A program made the translations under genes and the position numbers. Below, piece after piece: positions 41,851-49,776 of a stretch of 64,000 nt of DNA (within the stretch, counting starts at the first letter, position 1; each line of letters opens with the position of its first letter). Source of the DNA: Dehalococcoidia bacterium. Its GTDB lineage: Bacteria; Chloroflexota; Dehalococcoidia; Bin125. Where the stretch lies: positions 1-64,000 of the forward strand of contig CAXXRD010000002.1 in NCBI GenBank assembly GCA_963663895.2, given 5' to 3'. The notes below the pieces were generated by a model. It was given only the letters and a program-made list of their open reading frames with translations. It was not told where the DNA came from and searched no databases.

Positions 41851-43632
41851 ATGCCGCTCGACCCCGTGCAGCTCCTGGTCATGGCCAACCGTCTCGACGG
41901 GATCACCCGCGAGATGACCAACACCCTGGTGCGCACGGCCCGTTCCACCACCCTGGTCGCCCGCGACTTCTCCACCTCCGTCACCGACCACGAGCACCAG
42001 CTCCTGGCCGCCCCCGAGGGCATCCCCGTCCACGTTTACGGCTCGGGGCTGGTCTGCGAGTCGATGGCCGATCTGCACCCCGACTTCCAGGAGGGCGACG
42101 CCTTCCTCCACAACGACCCCTACCTGGGCAACTCCCATCCCGCCGATCACACCATCCTCGTGCCCGTCTTCGTGGAGGGCGCGCACATCTTCACCTGCTG
42201 CGTCAAGGCGCACCAATCCGACATCGGCAACAGCATCCCCACCACCTACACGCCCAAGGCGATCGACGTCTACCAGGAGGGCGCGCTGATCTTCCCTTGC
42301 GTCAAGGTGCAGGAGGACTACACGGACGTGGGCGACATCATCCGCATGTGCCTCAAGCGCATCCGCGTGCCCGAGATCTGGTACGGCGACTACCTGGCCA
42401 TGATCGCGGCCGCCCGCGTGGGCGAAGAGCGGCTCAAGGACCTCTGCCGCAAGTTCGGCCTCGAAACCGTGCGGGACTTCATCCAGGAGTGGAAGGACTA
42501 CTGCGAGCGGCTGGCCGAGGACGCGATCAAGGAGCTGCCCTCGGGCCGCATCCACGCCACCACGGCCCTCGATCCCTTTCCCGGCGTCCCCGACGGCATC
42601 CCCCTCCAGGCAGATATCGACGTGGACACGGAGCAGGGGCGCGTCACCATCGACCTGCGCGACAACCCGGACTGCACCCCCACCGGCCTCAACCTCTCCG
42701 AGTCCTGCTCGATCAACGCCGGCATCTCCGGCGTCCTCACCGTGCTCAACTCCAAACGCGACGCCACCCACTCGCTCGTCCCCAACAACGCCGGCAGCTT
42801 CCGCCGCATCGAGGTCCTGCTGCGCGAGAACTGCGTGGTCGGCATCCCCCGCCATCCCGCCAGCTGCTCCATGGCCACCAACACCGTGGCCGACCGCGCC
42901 CTGGGGATGATCTACTCCGCCTTCGGCCGCCTGGCCGACGGCATCGGCCTGGCCGAGCCCTGCTGGGGCTCCCCCGTCTTCGAGGCGGTCGTCTCCGGCT
43001 GGAACCGCGCCCGCCGGGAGCCCTTCGTGCTGCAGCTCTTCTCCGGCACGGCCGGGGGCCCCGCCACGGCCGAGTCCGACGGTTGGCTGACCTTCTCGAT
43101 CCCCGCCGGCGGCGGCCTCTCCTACATCGACGAGACCGAGGTGATCGAGCAGAAATACCCCTTCGTCGTCTGGGAGACGCGCGTCCGCCCCGACTCGGAA
43201 GGGGCGGGCCGCACCCGCGGCGCCCCCGGCAACATCGCCGTCTACGGCCCCCTGGCCGGCGCCGACCCGATCGAGGCCCACTACTCGCTGGACGGATCGT
43301 TCAACGTGCCCAAGGGGGTCCAGGGCGGCGGCCCCGCCCTCGGTCCCGCCGCCTACCTGATCGATCGCGACGGCGCCACCGTCCACCTGCCCGAGATCGT
43401 GGGCGAGCAGCGCATCGAGCCGGGGCAGAACATCCTCTCCCACTCGGCCGGCGGCGGCGGCTACGGCCACCCCCACCAGCGCCCGGCCCAAGCCGTCCTC
43501 ACGGACGTCGTCGAGGGCTACGTCTCCGTCGCGCGCGCCCGCGAGGCCTATGGGGTGGCGCTGACGGGCGACCCCGACCGGGTCGAAACCTTGCGGGTGG
43601 ACGAGGCCGCCACGGCGGCGCTGCGGGCCTAG
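41851..43632 (+). CDS. Hydantoinase B / oxoprolinase subunit, paralog B7
   Basis: Same motif set with KAHQSD. TATCAT -10 lies 9 nt before the ATG and there is no SD. Confidence 0.93.
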   Translation: MPLDPVQLLVMANRLDGITREMTNTLVRTARSTTLVARDFSTSVTDHEHQLLAAPEGIPVHVYGSGLVCESMADLHPDFQEGDAFLHNDPYLGNSHPADHTILVPVFVEGAHIFTCCVKAHQSDIGNSIPTTYTPKAIDVYQEGALIFPCVKVQEDYTDVGDIIRMCLKRIRVPEIWYGDYLAMIAAARVGEERLKDLCRKFGLETVRDFIQEWKDYCERLAEDAIKELPSGRIHATTALDPFPGVPDGIPLQADIDVDTEQGRVTIDLRDNPDCTPTGLNLSESCSINAGISGVLTVLNSKRDATHSLVPNNAGSFRRIEVLLRENCVVGIPRHPASCSMATNTVADRALGMIYSAFGRLADGIGLAEPCWGSPVFEAVVSGWNRARREPFVLQLFSGTAGGPATAESDGWLTFSIPAGGGLSYIDETEVIEQKYPFVVWETRVRPDSEGAGRTRGAPGNIAVYGPLAGADPIEAHYSLDGSFNVPKGVQGGGPALGPAAYLIDRDGATVHLPEIVGEQRIEPGQNILSHSAGGGGYGHPHQRPAQAVLTDVVEGYVSVARAREAYGVALTGDPDRVETLRVDEAATAALRA

Positions 43633-43772
43633 GGCCTACGAGCGCGAAGGGCGCCCGGCCCGTTCGGCGGACGATCCCGCCCCGATCTCCCGCCCGATCT
43701 TTCGCGCCGATCCGCGTTCGGGCGCGCTAGTATCGGATCGTCAGTCGCACGCACGAACCGCGGGAGTCCGCC

Positions 43773-45716
43773 ATGACCACCACCCACCCCGCCCCGGCCC
43801 CCATCGCTACCGCCATCCCCCACCCGCTGGACCCGCTCACTCCGGACGAGATCCGGGCCGCCGCCCAGATCATCCGCGAGGCGCGGCCCCTCGGCGACTC
43901 CGGCCGCTTCGTCACGATCGAGCTGCACGAGCCCTCCAAGGAGGCGCTCACCGCGCCCTCGCCGAACGGCGCCATCCCCCGCGAGGCCTTCGTCATCCTC
44001 CTCGACCGCGACTCCAACACCACCCACGAGGCCGTCGTCGACCTCAGCGCCCAGACCCTCCGCTCCTGGAGCGAGCGCCCCGGCATCCAGCCCTACTTCC
44101 TCTTCGAGGAGTTCGGCGACGCCGTGTCGATCACCCGCAACCATCCCGAATGGCGCGCCGCCGCCGAGCGCCGAGGCGCCGACCCGGACAAGGTCCACCT
44201 CGAGTCCCAGCCCGCCGGGCTCTACGACCACCCGGACGAGGAGGGCAAGCGCATCCTGCGCGTGATCGCCTACCGCCAGCCCAACAAGGACGACGCGCCC
44301 TGGGCGCAGCCGATCGAGGGGCTCATCTGTCTCGTCGACGTGCACAAGCGCGAGGTCGTGCGCCTCGTCGATGAGGAGATCGCCCCCATCCCCAGCGGCT
44401 CCGGCAACTACGACCTCGACGCCGCCGGCCCCGTCCGCGCCGACCTCAAGCCCCTCGACATCGTCCAGCCCGAGGGCGTGAGCTTCAGCCTGAACGGCTA
44501 CGAGCTTGCCTGGCAGCGCTGGCGCATGCGTGTCGGCTTCACCCCCCGCGAGGGCCTCGTCCTCTACCAGATCGCCTATCAAGACCCCGCTCAAGGGACG
44601 GAGGCAAACCCGCGCTCCGTCTGCTACCGCGCCTCCCTAGGCGAGCTGGTGGTCCCCTACGGCAGCACCGGCCCCGGCCAGTACTGGCGCAACTTCTTCG
44701 ACTCCGGGGAGGCCGGCATCGGCCGCTTCGCCAACTCCCTGGAGCTGGGCTGCGACTGCCTGGGCTCTATCACCTACCTCGACGCCGTCTGGACCAACGA
44801 CCGGGGCGAGCCCGTTACCGTCAGCAACGCCATCTGCATCCACGAGGAGGACTTCGGCGTCCTCTGGAAGCACAACGACATCTTCCAGGACGGCAACGGC
44901 TCCGCCGTGCGCCGCTCCCGCCGCCTCGTCCTCTCCTACTTCGCCACCGTCGGCAACTACGACTACGGCTTCTACTGGTACTTCTACCAGGACGGATCGA
45001 TCGAGGTGGAGATCAAGCTCACCGGCGTCGTCCTCACCCAGGGCGTCCCCGACGGCGTCCAGCCCCAGACCGCGACGCTCATCGACCAGAATCTCTCCGC
45101 TCCCAACCATCAACACCTCTTCTGCTTCCGCCTCGACCTGGACATCGACGGCCCCGCCAACACCGTCCACGAGATCCACAGCGAGCCCCTGCCCGCCGGT
45201 CCCGAGAACCCGCACGGCAACGCCTTCCGTAGCGTCGCCACTCCGCTCACCTCCGAGCAGGGCGCCATCCGCGACGCCGACCCCGCCTGCGCCCGCTACT
45301 GGAAGGTCATCAACCCCGCCCGCGCCAACGCCGCCGGCTTGCCCACCGGCTACGCGCTCATTCCCGGCGAGACCGTCGCCATGATGGCCGCGCCCGACTC
45401 CAGCCCCGGCCGCCGCGCCGGTTTCGCCCGTCACCAGCTCTGGGTCACTCCCAACGCCGAGGACGAACGCTATCCCGCCGGCGACTATCCCAACCTCCAC
45501 CCCGGCGGCGACGGCCTGCCCCGCTGGACCCAGGCCGACCGCCCCCTCGAAAACCAGGACGTGGTCCTCTGGTACACGGTCGGCGTCAACCACATCGTCC
45601 GTCCCGAGGAGTGGCCCGTCTCCCCAGTCCACCGCGCCGGCTTCGCCCTCAAGCCCTGGGCCTTCTTCGACCGCAATCCCGCCCTCGACGTCGCTCCGCC
45701 CAGCCACTGCCACTAG
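43773..45716 (+). CDS. tynA: Copper-containing (TPQ) primary amine oxidase
   Basis: HPLDPLT, FFDSGE catalytic Asp, LGCDC, TVGNYDY TPQ motif, HQH copper ligands and NHIVRPEEWPV. Confidence 0.93.
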   Translation: MTTTHPAPAPIATAIPHPLDPLTPDEIRAAAQIIREARPLGDSGRFVTIELHEPSKEALTAPSPNGAIPREAFVILLDRDSNTTHEAVVDLSAQTLRSWSERPGIQPYFLFEEFGDAVSITRNHPEWRAAAERRGADPDKVHLESQPAGLYDHPDEEGKRILRVIAYRQPNKDDAPWAQPIEGLICLVDVHKREVVRLVDEEIAPIPSGSGNYDLDAAGPVRADLKPLDIVQPEGVSFSLNGYELAWQRWRMRVGFTPREGLVLYQIAYQDPAQGTEANPRSVCYRASLGELVVPYGSTGPGQYWRNFFDSGEAGIGRFANSLELGCDCLGSITYLDAVWTNDRGEPVTVSNAICIHEEDFGVLWKHNDIFQDGNGSAVRRSRRLVLSYFATVGNYDYGFYWYFYQDGSIEVEIKLTGVVLTQGVPDGVQPQTATLIDQNLSAPNHQHLFCFRLDLDIDGPANTVHEIHSEPLPAGPENPHGNAFRSVATPLTSEQGAIRDADPACARYWKVINPARANAAGLPTGYALIPGETVAMMAAPDSSPGRRAGFARHQLWVTPNAEDERYPAGDYPNLHPGGDGLPRWTQADRPLENQDVVLWYTVGVNHIVRPEEWPVSPVHRAGFALKPWAFFDRNPALDVAPPSHCH

Positions 45717-45720
45717 GCCG

Positions 45721-46695
45721 ATGACGCAGTCCCAGGACCTTCCTGCTGAGGAAACGCGAAGCGACAGTCGAGTTTCCCAGCCCGTCTATCGACCGAACGA
45801 AACGGTTTCGAGGGAGATCGACACTCGCTCTGCCGATTTCTTTGATGTCCTCGAACCGCAAGACCTTGATGAAGCTCTTGCTGAAGTCGCGGACGGAAGC
45901 CCGCTTCATTGGGGCATCGTGCTACAACTCGCCAGACCAGGACCAGAGGTAAACACCGAATTTATCGGGGCTGACTGGCAAATCACCATCATCACCGACA
46001 AGCCGTTTGAACTCCCTCGCTTCAAAAACAATCAGAGCGGGGTGAGTGACCGTATCGACCCACCACTCGCCCTCATAGAGGCGAGGACTGGAGAAACGAC
46101 TGTCAATGCAGCGCGCGATATTGGCAGGCCCCGGGCGCGGGCGTTAGTCGGCTACGTGCGACTGGTGCACCCACTGTTTACCGGAGCTTCGTTAGCGTGG
46201 GAAGGCTTTGTACGCCCGACCAATACACCTGGGGAAGCTGTTTATGGAACAGGGACTAAGGATTTTCACCTCGAAGTTTCAGCCGCAGCGCTCGAGAGAG
46301 TTCGCCCACTCTTACCACCACATCTAAACATCGGTGACCTCTGCGAAGCCGACCGCCTAGCGCTTGAGTGGGTGACTGAAGCGTGGTTGTCAACGTCGAC
46401 CCAAGCGCGATTCACGAACCTCTGGTTCGCGGTGGTCGCCACGGTTGACGCACGTCTCACAAAGAAAGAAAAGGGCGCTATCGGCGGTCAGATGGCTCGG
46501 ATACGATGTCACCTGTTGAAATTGCCGATCTCGACCGCCAGCCTAGAGAACTTACGCGAGGCATTTACTAGGGCCTACGATCTTCGAAACAAGGTTGTCC
46601 ACGAGGGGTACCGTGGCGTAAATCAGCAGGACGTAGCCAACCTCTATGACGCACTCTCCAACTTTCTTCGAGCCGAGATAGGACGCTCCAAATAG
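45721..46695 (+). CDS. HEPN-domain protein (ApeA/MauJ-like C-terminus)
   Basis: ARFTNLWFAV...AYDLRNKVVHEG (R-X4-H). Markedly lower GC. Starts 4 bp after the amine oxidase stop. Confidence 0.6.
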   Translation: MTQSQDLPAEETRSDSRVSQPVYRPNETVSREIDTRSADFFDVLEPQDLDEALAEVADGSPLHWGIVLQLARPGPEVNTEFIGADWQITIITDKPFELPRFKNNQSGVSDRIDPPLALIEARTGETTVNAARDIGRPRARALVGYVRLVHPLFTGASLAWEGFVRPTNTPGEAVYGTGTKDFHLEVSAAALERVRPLLPPHLNIGDLCEADRLALEWVTEAWLSTSTQARFTNLWFAVVATVDARLTKKEKGAIGGQMARIRCHLLKLPISTASLENLREAFTRAYDLRNKVVHEGYRGVNQQDVANLYDALSNFLRAEIGRSK

Positions 46696-46738
46696 CCCGC
46701 CACCTTTGTCACGCCGTCCCGCATGGAGGGTGTCATCC

Positions 46739-47704
46739 ATGAATCTCTTGACGAACAAGAAGTACCTCGCGCTCGGCGGGGGCGTGCTGGCCGTGGCCGT
46801 CGCGGTCATCGTGGTCGCCGTGTGGTACTTCGCCCTCCGCAGCGACGCGCCGCCGCCCGTCAGTCTGGAAGAGGCCGCCACCGTCGCCACGGAGGACCCC
46901 AGCCCGTACGAGGCGGAGACTGTTTCCGAGGTACAAGCTCCTTCCGAGCCGCAAGCTCCCTCCGACCCACAGGCCGCTCCCGAATCGCAAGCCCCGGTCG
47001 AGCCGCAAGCCGGCGCCTACTCGGCCTACCCGGACGCCGACCCGCCGCCCCAAACCGACGCCGGCGCGCAGCCCGAAGAAGAAAGCGTCGCGATAAGCGA
47101 CGGCGAGCCGGCGAGTGCAGAGGCCGCGGCGAGCGACCTTCCCGCCCCCGATCCAAGCGAGCCTCCAGGCCTGATCGGCACCTGGACCGTCATCGCCGAC
47201 GAGCGCTCCTTCGCCGGCTACCGCGTCGACGAGGAGCTCGGCGGGATCGGCACCAACACAGCGGTCGGCCGCACGAGCGACGTCAGCGGACGCCTCACCT
47301 TCGACGGCGCCGCCATCACCGCCGTCGAGATCGAGGTCGACCTCACGACCCTGCGAAGCGACGACAGCCGCCGCGACCGCGCCCTGCGCAGCCGCGGCCT
47401 CGAATGGGGCACCTTCCCCACGGCCAGCTTCGTCCTGAGCGAACCGATCGACATCGGCACGGTGCCCGGGGAAGGGGAGCCGCGCACCTTCACCGTCAGC
47501 GGCGCCTTCACCCTCCACGGCGTCACGCAGGAAGTGCGCATCGATCTCGAAGGCCAGCTCATCGGCGACGTCGTCGCCGTGGTCGGATCGCTCGACATCC
47601 AATTCGCGGACTACGAGATCGTCCCGCCCACGTCCTTCGTGGTCATCTCCATTGAGGACCACGGCGTGATGGAGTTCCAACTGCTCTTCGAGCGCGCCTC
47701 CTGA
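46739..47704 (+). CDS. Membrane-anchored YceI family protein
   Basis: N-terminal TM, P/Q/A-rich linker, AGYRVDE, LRSDDSRRD, FPTASF and TLHGVT motifs. Confidence 0.88.
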   Translation: MNLLTNKKYLALGGGVLAVAVAVIVVAVWYFALRSDAPPPVSLEEAATVATEDPSPYEAETVSEVQAPSEPQAPSDPQAAPESQAPVEPQAGAYSAYPDADPPPQTDAGAQPEEESVAISDGEPASAEAAASDLPAPDPSEPPGLIGTWTVIADERSFAGYRVDEELGGIGTNTAVGRTSDVSGRLTFDGAAITAVEIEVDLTTLRSDDSRRDRALRSRGLEWGTFPTASFVLSEPIDIGTVPGEGEPRTFTVSGAFTLHGVTQEVRIDLEGQLIGDVVAVVGSLDIQFADYEIVPPTSFVVISIEDHGVMEFQLLFERAS

Positions 47705-47755
47705 GCCACCCGCGGCAAGCCGACCGCGCTTGCGAAAGTCCCCACAATCACAATG

Positions 47756-47786
47756 TTGACACCCGCGACGCGGTAGTCCACGTTGA
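47756..47786 (+). promoter_or_regulatory. Putative promoter TTGACA-N17-CACGTTGA
   Basis: Same spacing and elements as the peroxiredoxin promoter. Upstream TTGCGAA...CCCCACA is also shared. Confidence 0.55.
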
Positions 47787-47820
47787 TCCTGCGGCGGCCA
47801 TCGGCCGCAGGAGGTCCGCG

Positions 47821-48042
47821 ATGGAATCCGGTCCGCACGGGGACATGCTCGACATCCTCGGTGCGCAGCGCCCCACGCTGCGGCATCTGCACGAGGAACG
47901 AAGCGTCTCCGTGCCACGCGCTCGCTACCTCGCCAAGCTCGAGCGCCCCGGTCGTCCCGGCCCCTGCCCAAGCGATGGCTTCGCCGCTCCATACCTCGAT
48001 CGCGGCGCGTTTCCACACCCGAACGCCAACCGCGATCGCTGA
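47821..48042 (+). CDS. Small hypothetical protein (73 aa)
   Basis: AGGAGG SD, its own promoter and host-like GC3 codon usage. Confidence 0.45.
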   Translation: MESGPHGDMLDILGAQRPTLRHLHEERSVSVPRARYLAKLERPGRPGPCPSDGFAAPYLDRGAFPHPNANRDR

Positions 48043-48321
48043 AAAGGAAAGGGGGCGCCGCATGCTCGACGACAGTCCACCGCGGGACGCAGAGGCCGCG
48101 CTCTCCCGGCGCTCGCGCATCCGTCGCGATCGTCCTTCCCCATCAAACGGGGAGCGATCCACGTAAGAGCGACCTCACGCTCGGCCATGCCCCGGGGGAG
48201 CGCGGCGACTTTTCCCAGCCTAAGACGCCCGCGCCGCTGCCTGCTCAAGCCGCAAGCCTACTCGGCGCTGGAGAGGCAATGCCTCGAACGGGGGGCGCCG
48301 CCCGAACGTGAGGCATCAGCA

Positions 48322-48915
48322 ATGACAGGCGAAATCCACCTCAACTTCCACGCCAAGCGCGACGCGCACCCCGGCGGTCCCGGCTCCCAACTCTGTACCT
48401 CCACCGCCTGCCTCGCGGATATCGGCCGCGAGCCTCATAAAATCATGCTCGCCACCGACGACGACCGCGACAAGGATCTCACGCGCATCCGCGCAATGGT
48501 CGCCGAAGCCGCCGCCGATCACGACGCCGCCGTCATCCTCTACGATCTCTCCGAGCCCGCCGTCGCCCAAGACTTCGAGTGCACCGACGACTGGAAGCTT
48601 CCCGCCACCAGGGAGCGCCTGGCCGCCCTCGGCCGCGATTTTCTTATCGAGCAGTTCCAAGCCTTCGACACCCACGGCATCGACTGCGCCGCCGCCATCC
48701 CTGCCCAGCACGATCTCGAAACCATGGCTCGCTGGGCCGCCCGGGAAGAAGTCGACCTCATCGTCGTCCCCGGCACCTGGGCCCATCCCTCCATGGCCGA
48801 GCGGCTGCGCGGCCACGTCCTCGCCCGCCTCACGGACCACACCCACGTCCCCGTCGCCGTCTACGAATCCGACGGCTCCTCCTGGCTCGCCAACGCCGCC
48901 GCCGTCCACGCCTGA
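48322..48915 (+). CDS. Universal stress protein-like protein
   Basis: KIMLATD, AAREEVDLIVVP and RLTDHTHVPVAV motifs. Confidence 0.65.
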   Translation: MTGEIHLNFHAKRDAHPGGPGSQLCTSTACLADIGREPHKIMLATDDDRDKDLTRIRAMVAEAAADHDAAVILYDLSEPAVAQDFECTDDWKLPATRERLAALGRDFLIEQFQAFDTHGIDCAAAIPAQHDLETMARWAAREEVDLIVVPGTWAHPSMAERLRGHVLARLTDHTHVPVAVYESDGSSWLANAAAVHA

Positions 48916-49192
48916 CGCCGCCCTCTCAGCCTGCGCGTACGGTAGCCATCCAGATCGCGAAATCGGTGCCGCCGTGCAGAGGGGCTAAGCCAAACTCACG
49001 CGTTGGCTCGTCCGCCTGGCCGAATCCTGCCGACTGAATACAGTGATCGAATGCCTTCGATACAGTGCCGCCTTTGGCGTGCGTAAAAGAGACTTCAATG
49101 CTCCCTTCGATCGATCCTGTGCAGCGACGGTGCCTCTTCAAGGCCATCAAGCATGGTTTGCGGAAGATGGTAAAGTTCGCCGATCCGTAGTC

Positions 49193-49570
49193 ATGTCAAA
49201 GCACGAAACACCGCTCACACGACGCTATTGGCAAGAGATCGGTGGGACCCTGGTCGAGGAATTTCTAGCCGTCCGTGGAGGTCCAAAGCAAGGCTATCGG
49301 CGGCTTGATGGGATCGTAATCTTGGATTCACCACGCAAAATTGCGAATCATCGAGAAGTTGAAATCGAGAATCGAGATATTGTGGTGATTCAAACAAAAG
49401 TCGGCAGGTTAGGCATGCCTCTCCTCGGCCAAGCGCTATTCTCGCGGCATCTGATGAAGTCGTTTCGGCCCAGTAGCGTGGAAACAGTTGCGATTTGTAC
49501 AAAGGGCGATGCCGTACTGGAACCTTTGGCTGCGGAATATGGAGTTAAAGTGGTGGTTTACGCGGACTAG
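49193..49570 (+). CDS. Small PD-(D/E)XK-like nuclease-fold protein
   Basis: EEF...RRLDGIVI...VIQTK...LGQA pattern. Lower GC. Confidence 0.5.
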   Translation: MSKHETPLTRRYWQEIGGTLVEEFLAVRGGPKQGYRRLDGIVILDSPRKIANHREVEIENRDIVVIQTKVGRLGMPLLGQALFSRHLMKSFRPSSVETVAICTKGDAVLEPLAAEYGVKVVVYAD

Positions 49571-49776
49571 CGCCATAGGCCACCTGATTGAGAGTGGATT
49601 CGCTCATCTCAAGGGGGAGCAGATTGGCCGGTGGGACATCACCGGCTGCGAGTACGGCACTGAAACCTTGCGGAACGGGGCTTCTGTAGGTCGCTAGTCT
49701 CCCATCTTGCTCCTAATTAGAGCTGGACTCGGCTCTCGGTGGATGGAAGCGCAGTATAACGGGTTCCCGATTCGGT

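Noticed and set aside
24053-43491. Long antisense ORFs over the B genes (e.g. 24053-25723, 29857-31701, 33637-35508, 38145-39689, 41797-43491) that resemble each other
   Set aside because: Shadow frames of GC3-biased genes. Their similarity only mirrors the sense-strand paralogy.
21858-43632. Diversity-generating retroelement or shufflon as the source of B-gene variation
   Set aside because: No reverse transcriptase, no template/variable repeat pair with adenine-specific differences, and no recombinase or inverted crossover sites.
47783-48166. 127-aa ORF with an FnrN-like C-x2-C-x7-C motif (CGICTRNEASPC)
   Set aside because: Poor codon usage, no Crp/Fnr body, and its start lies inside the promoter. 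The overlapping 47821 frame has the SD and better codon bias.
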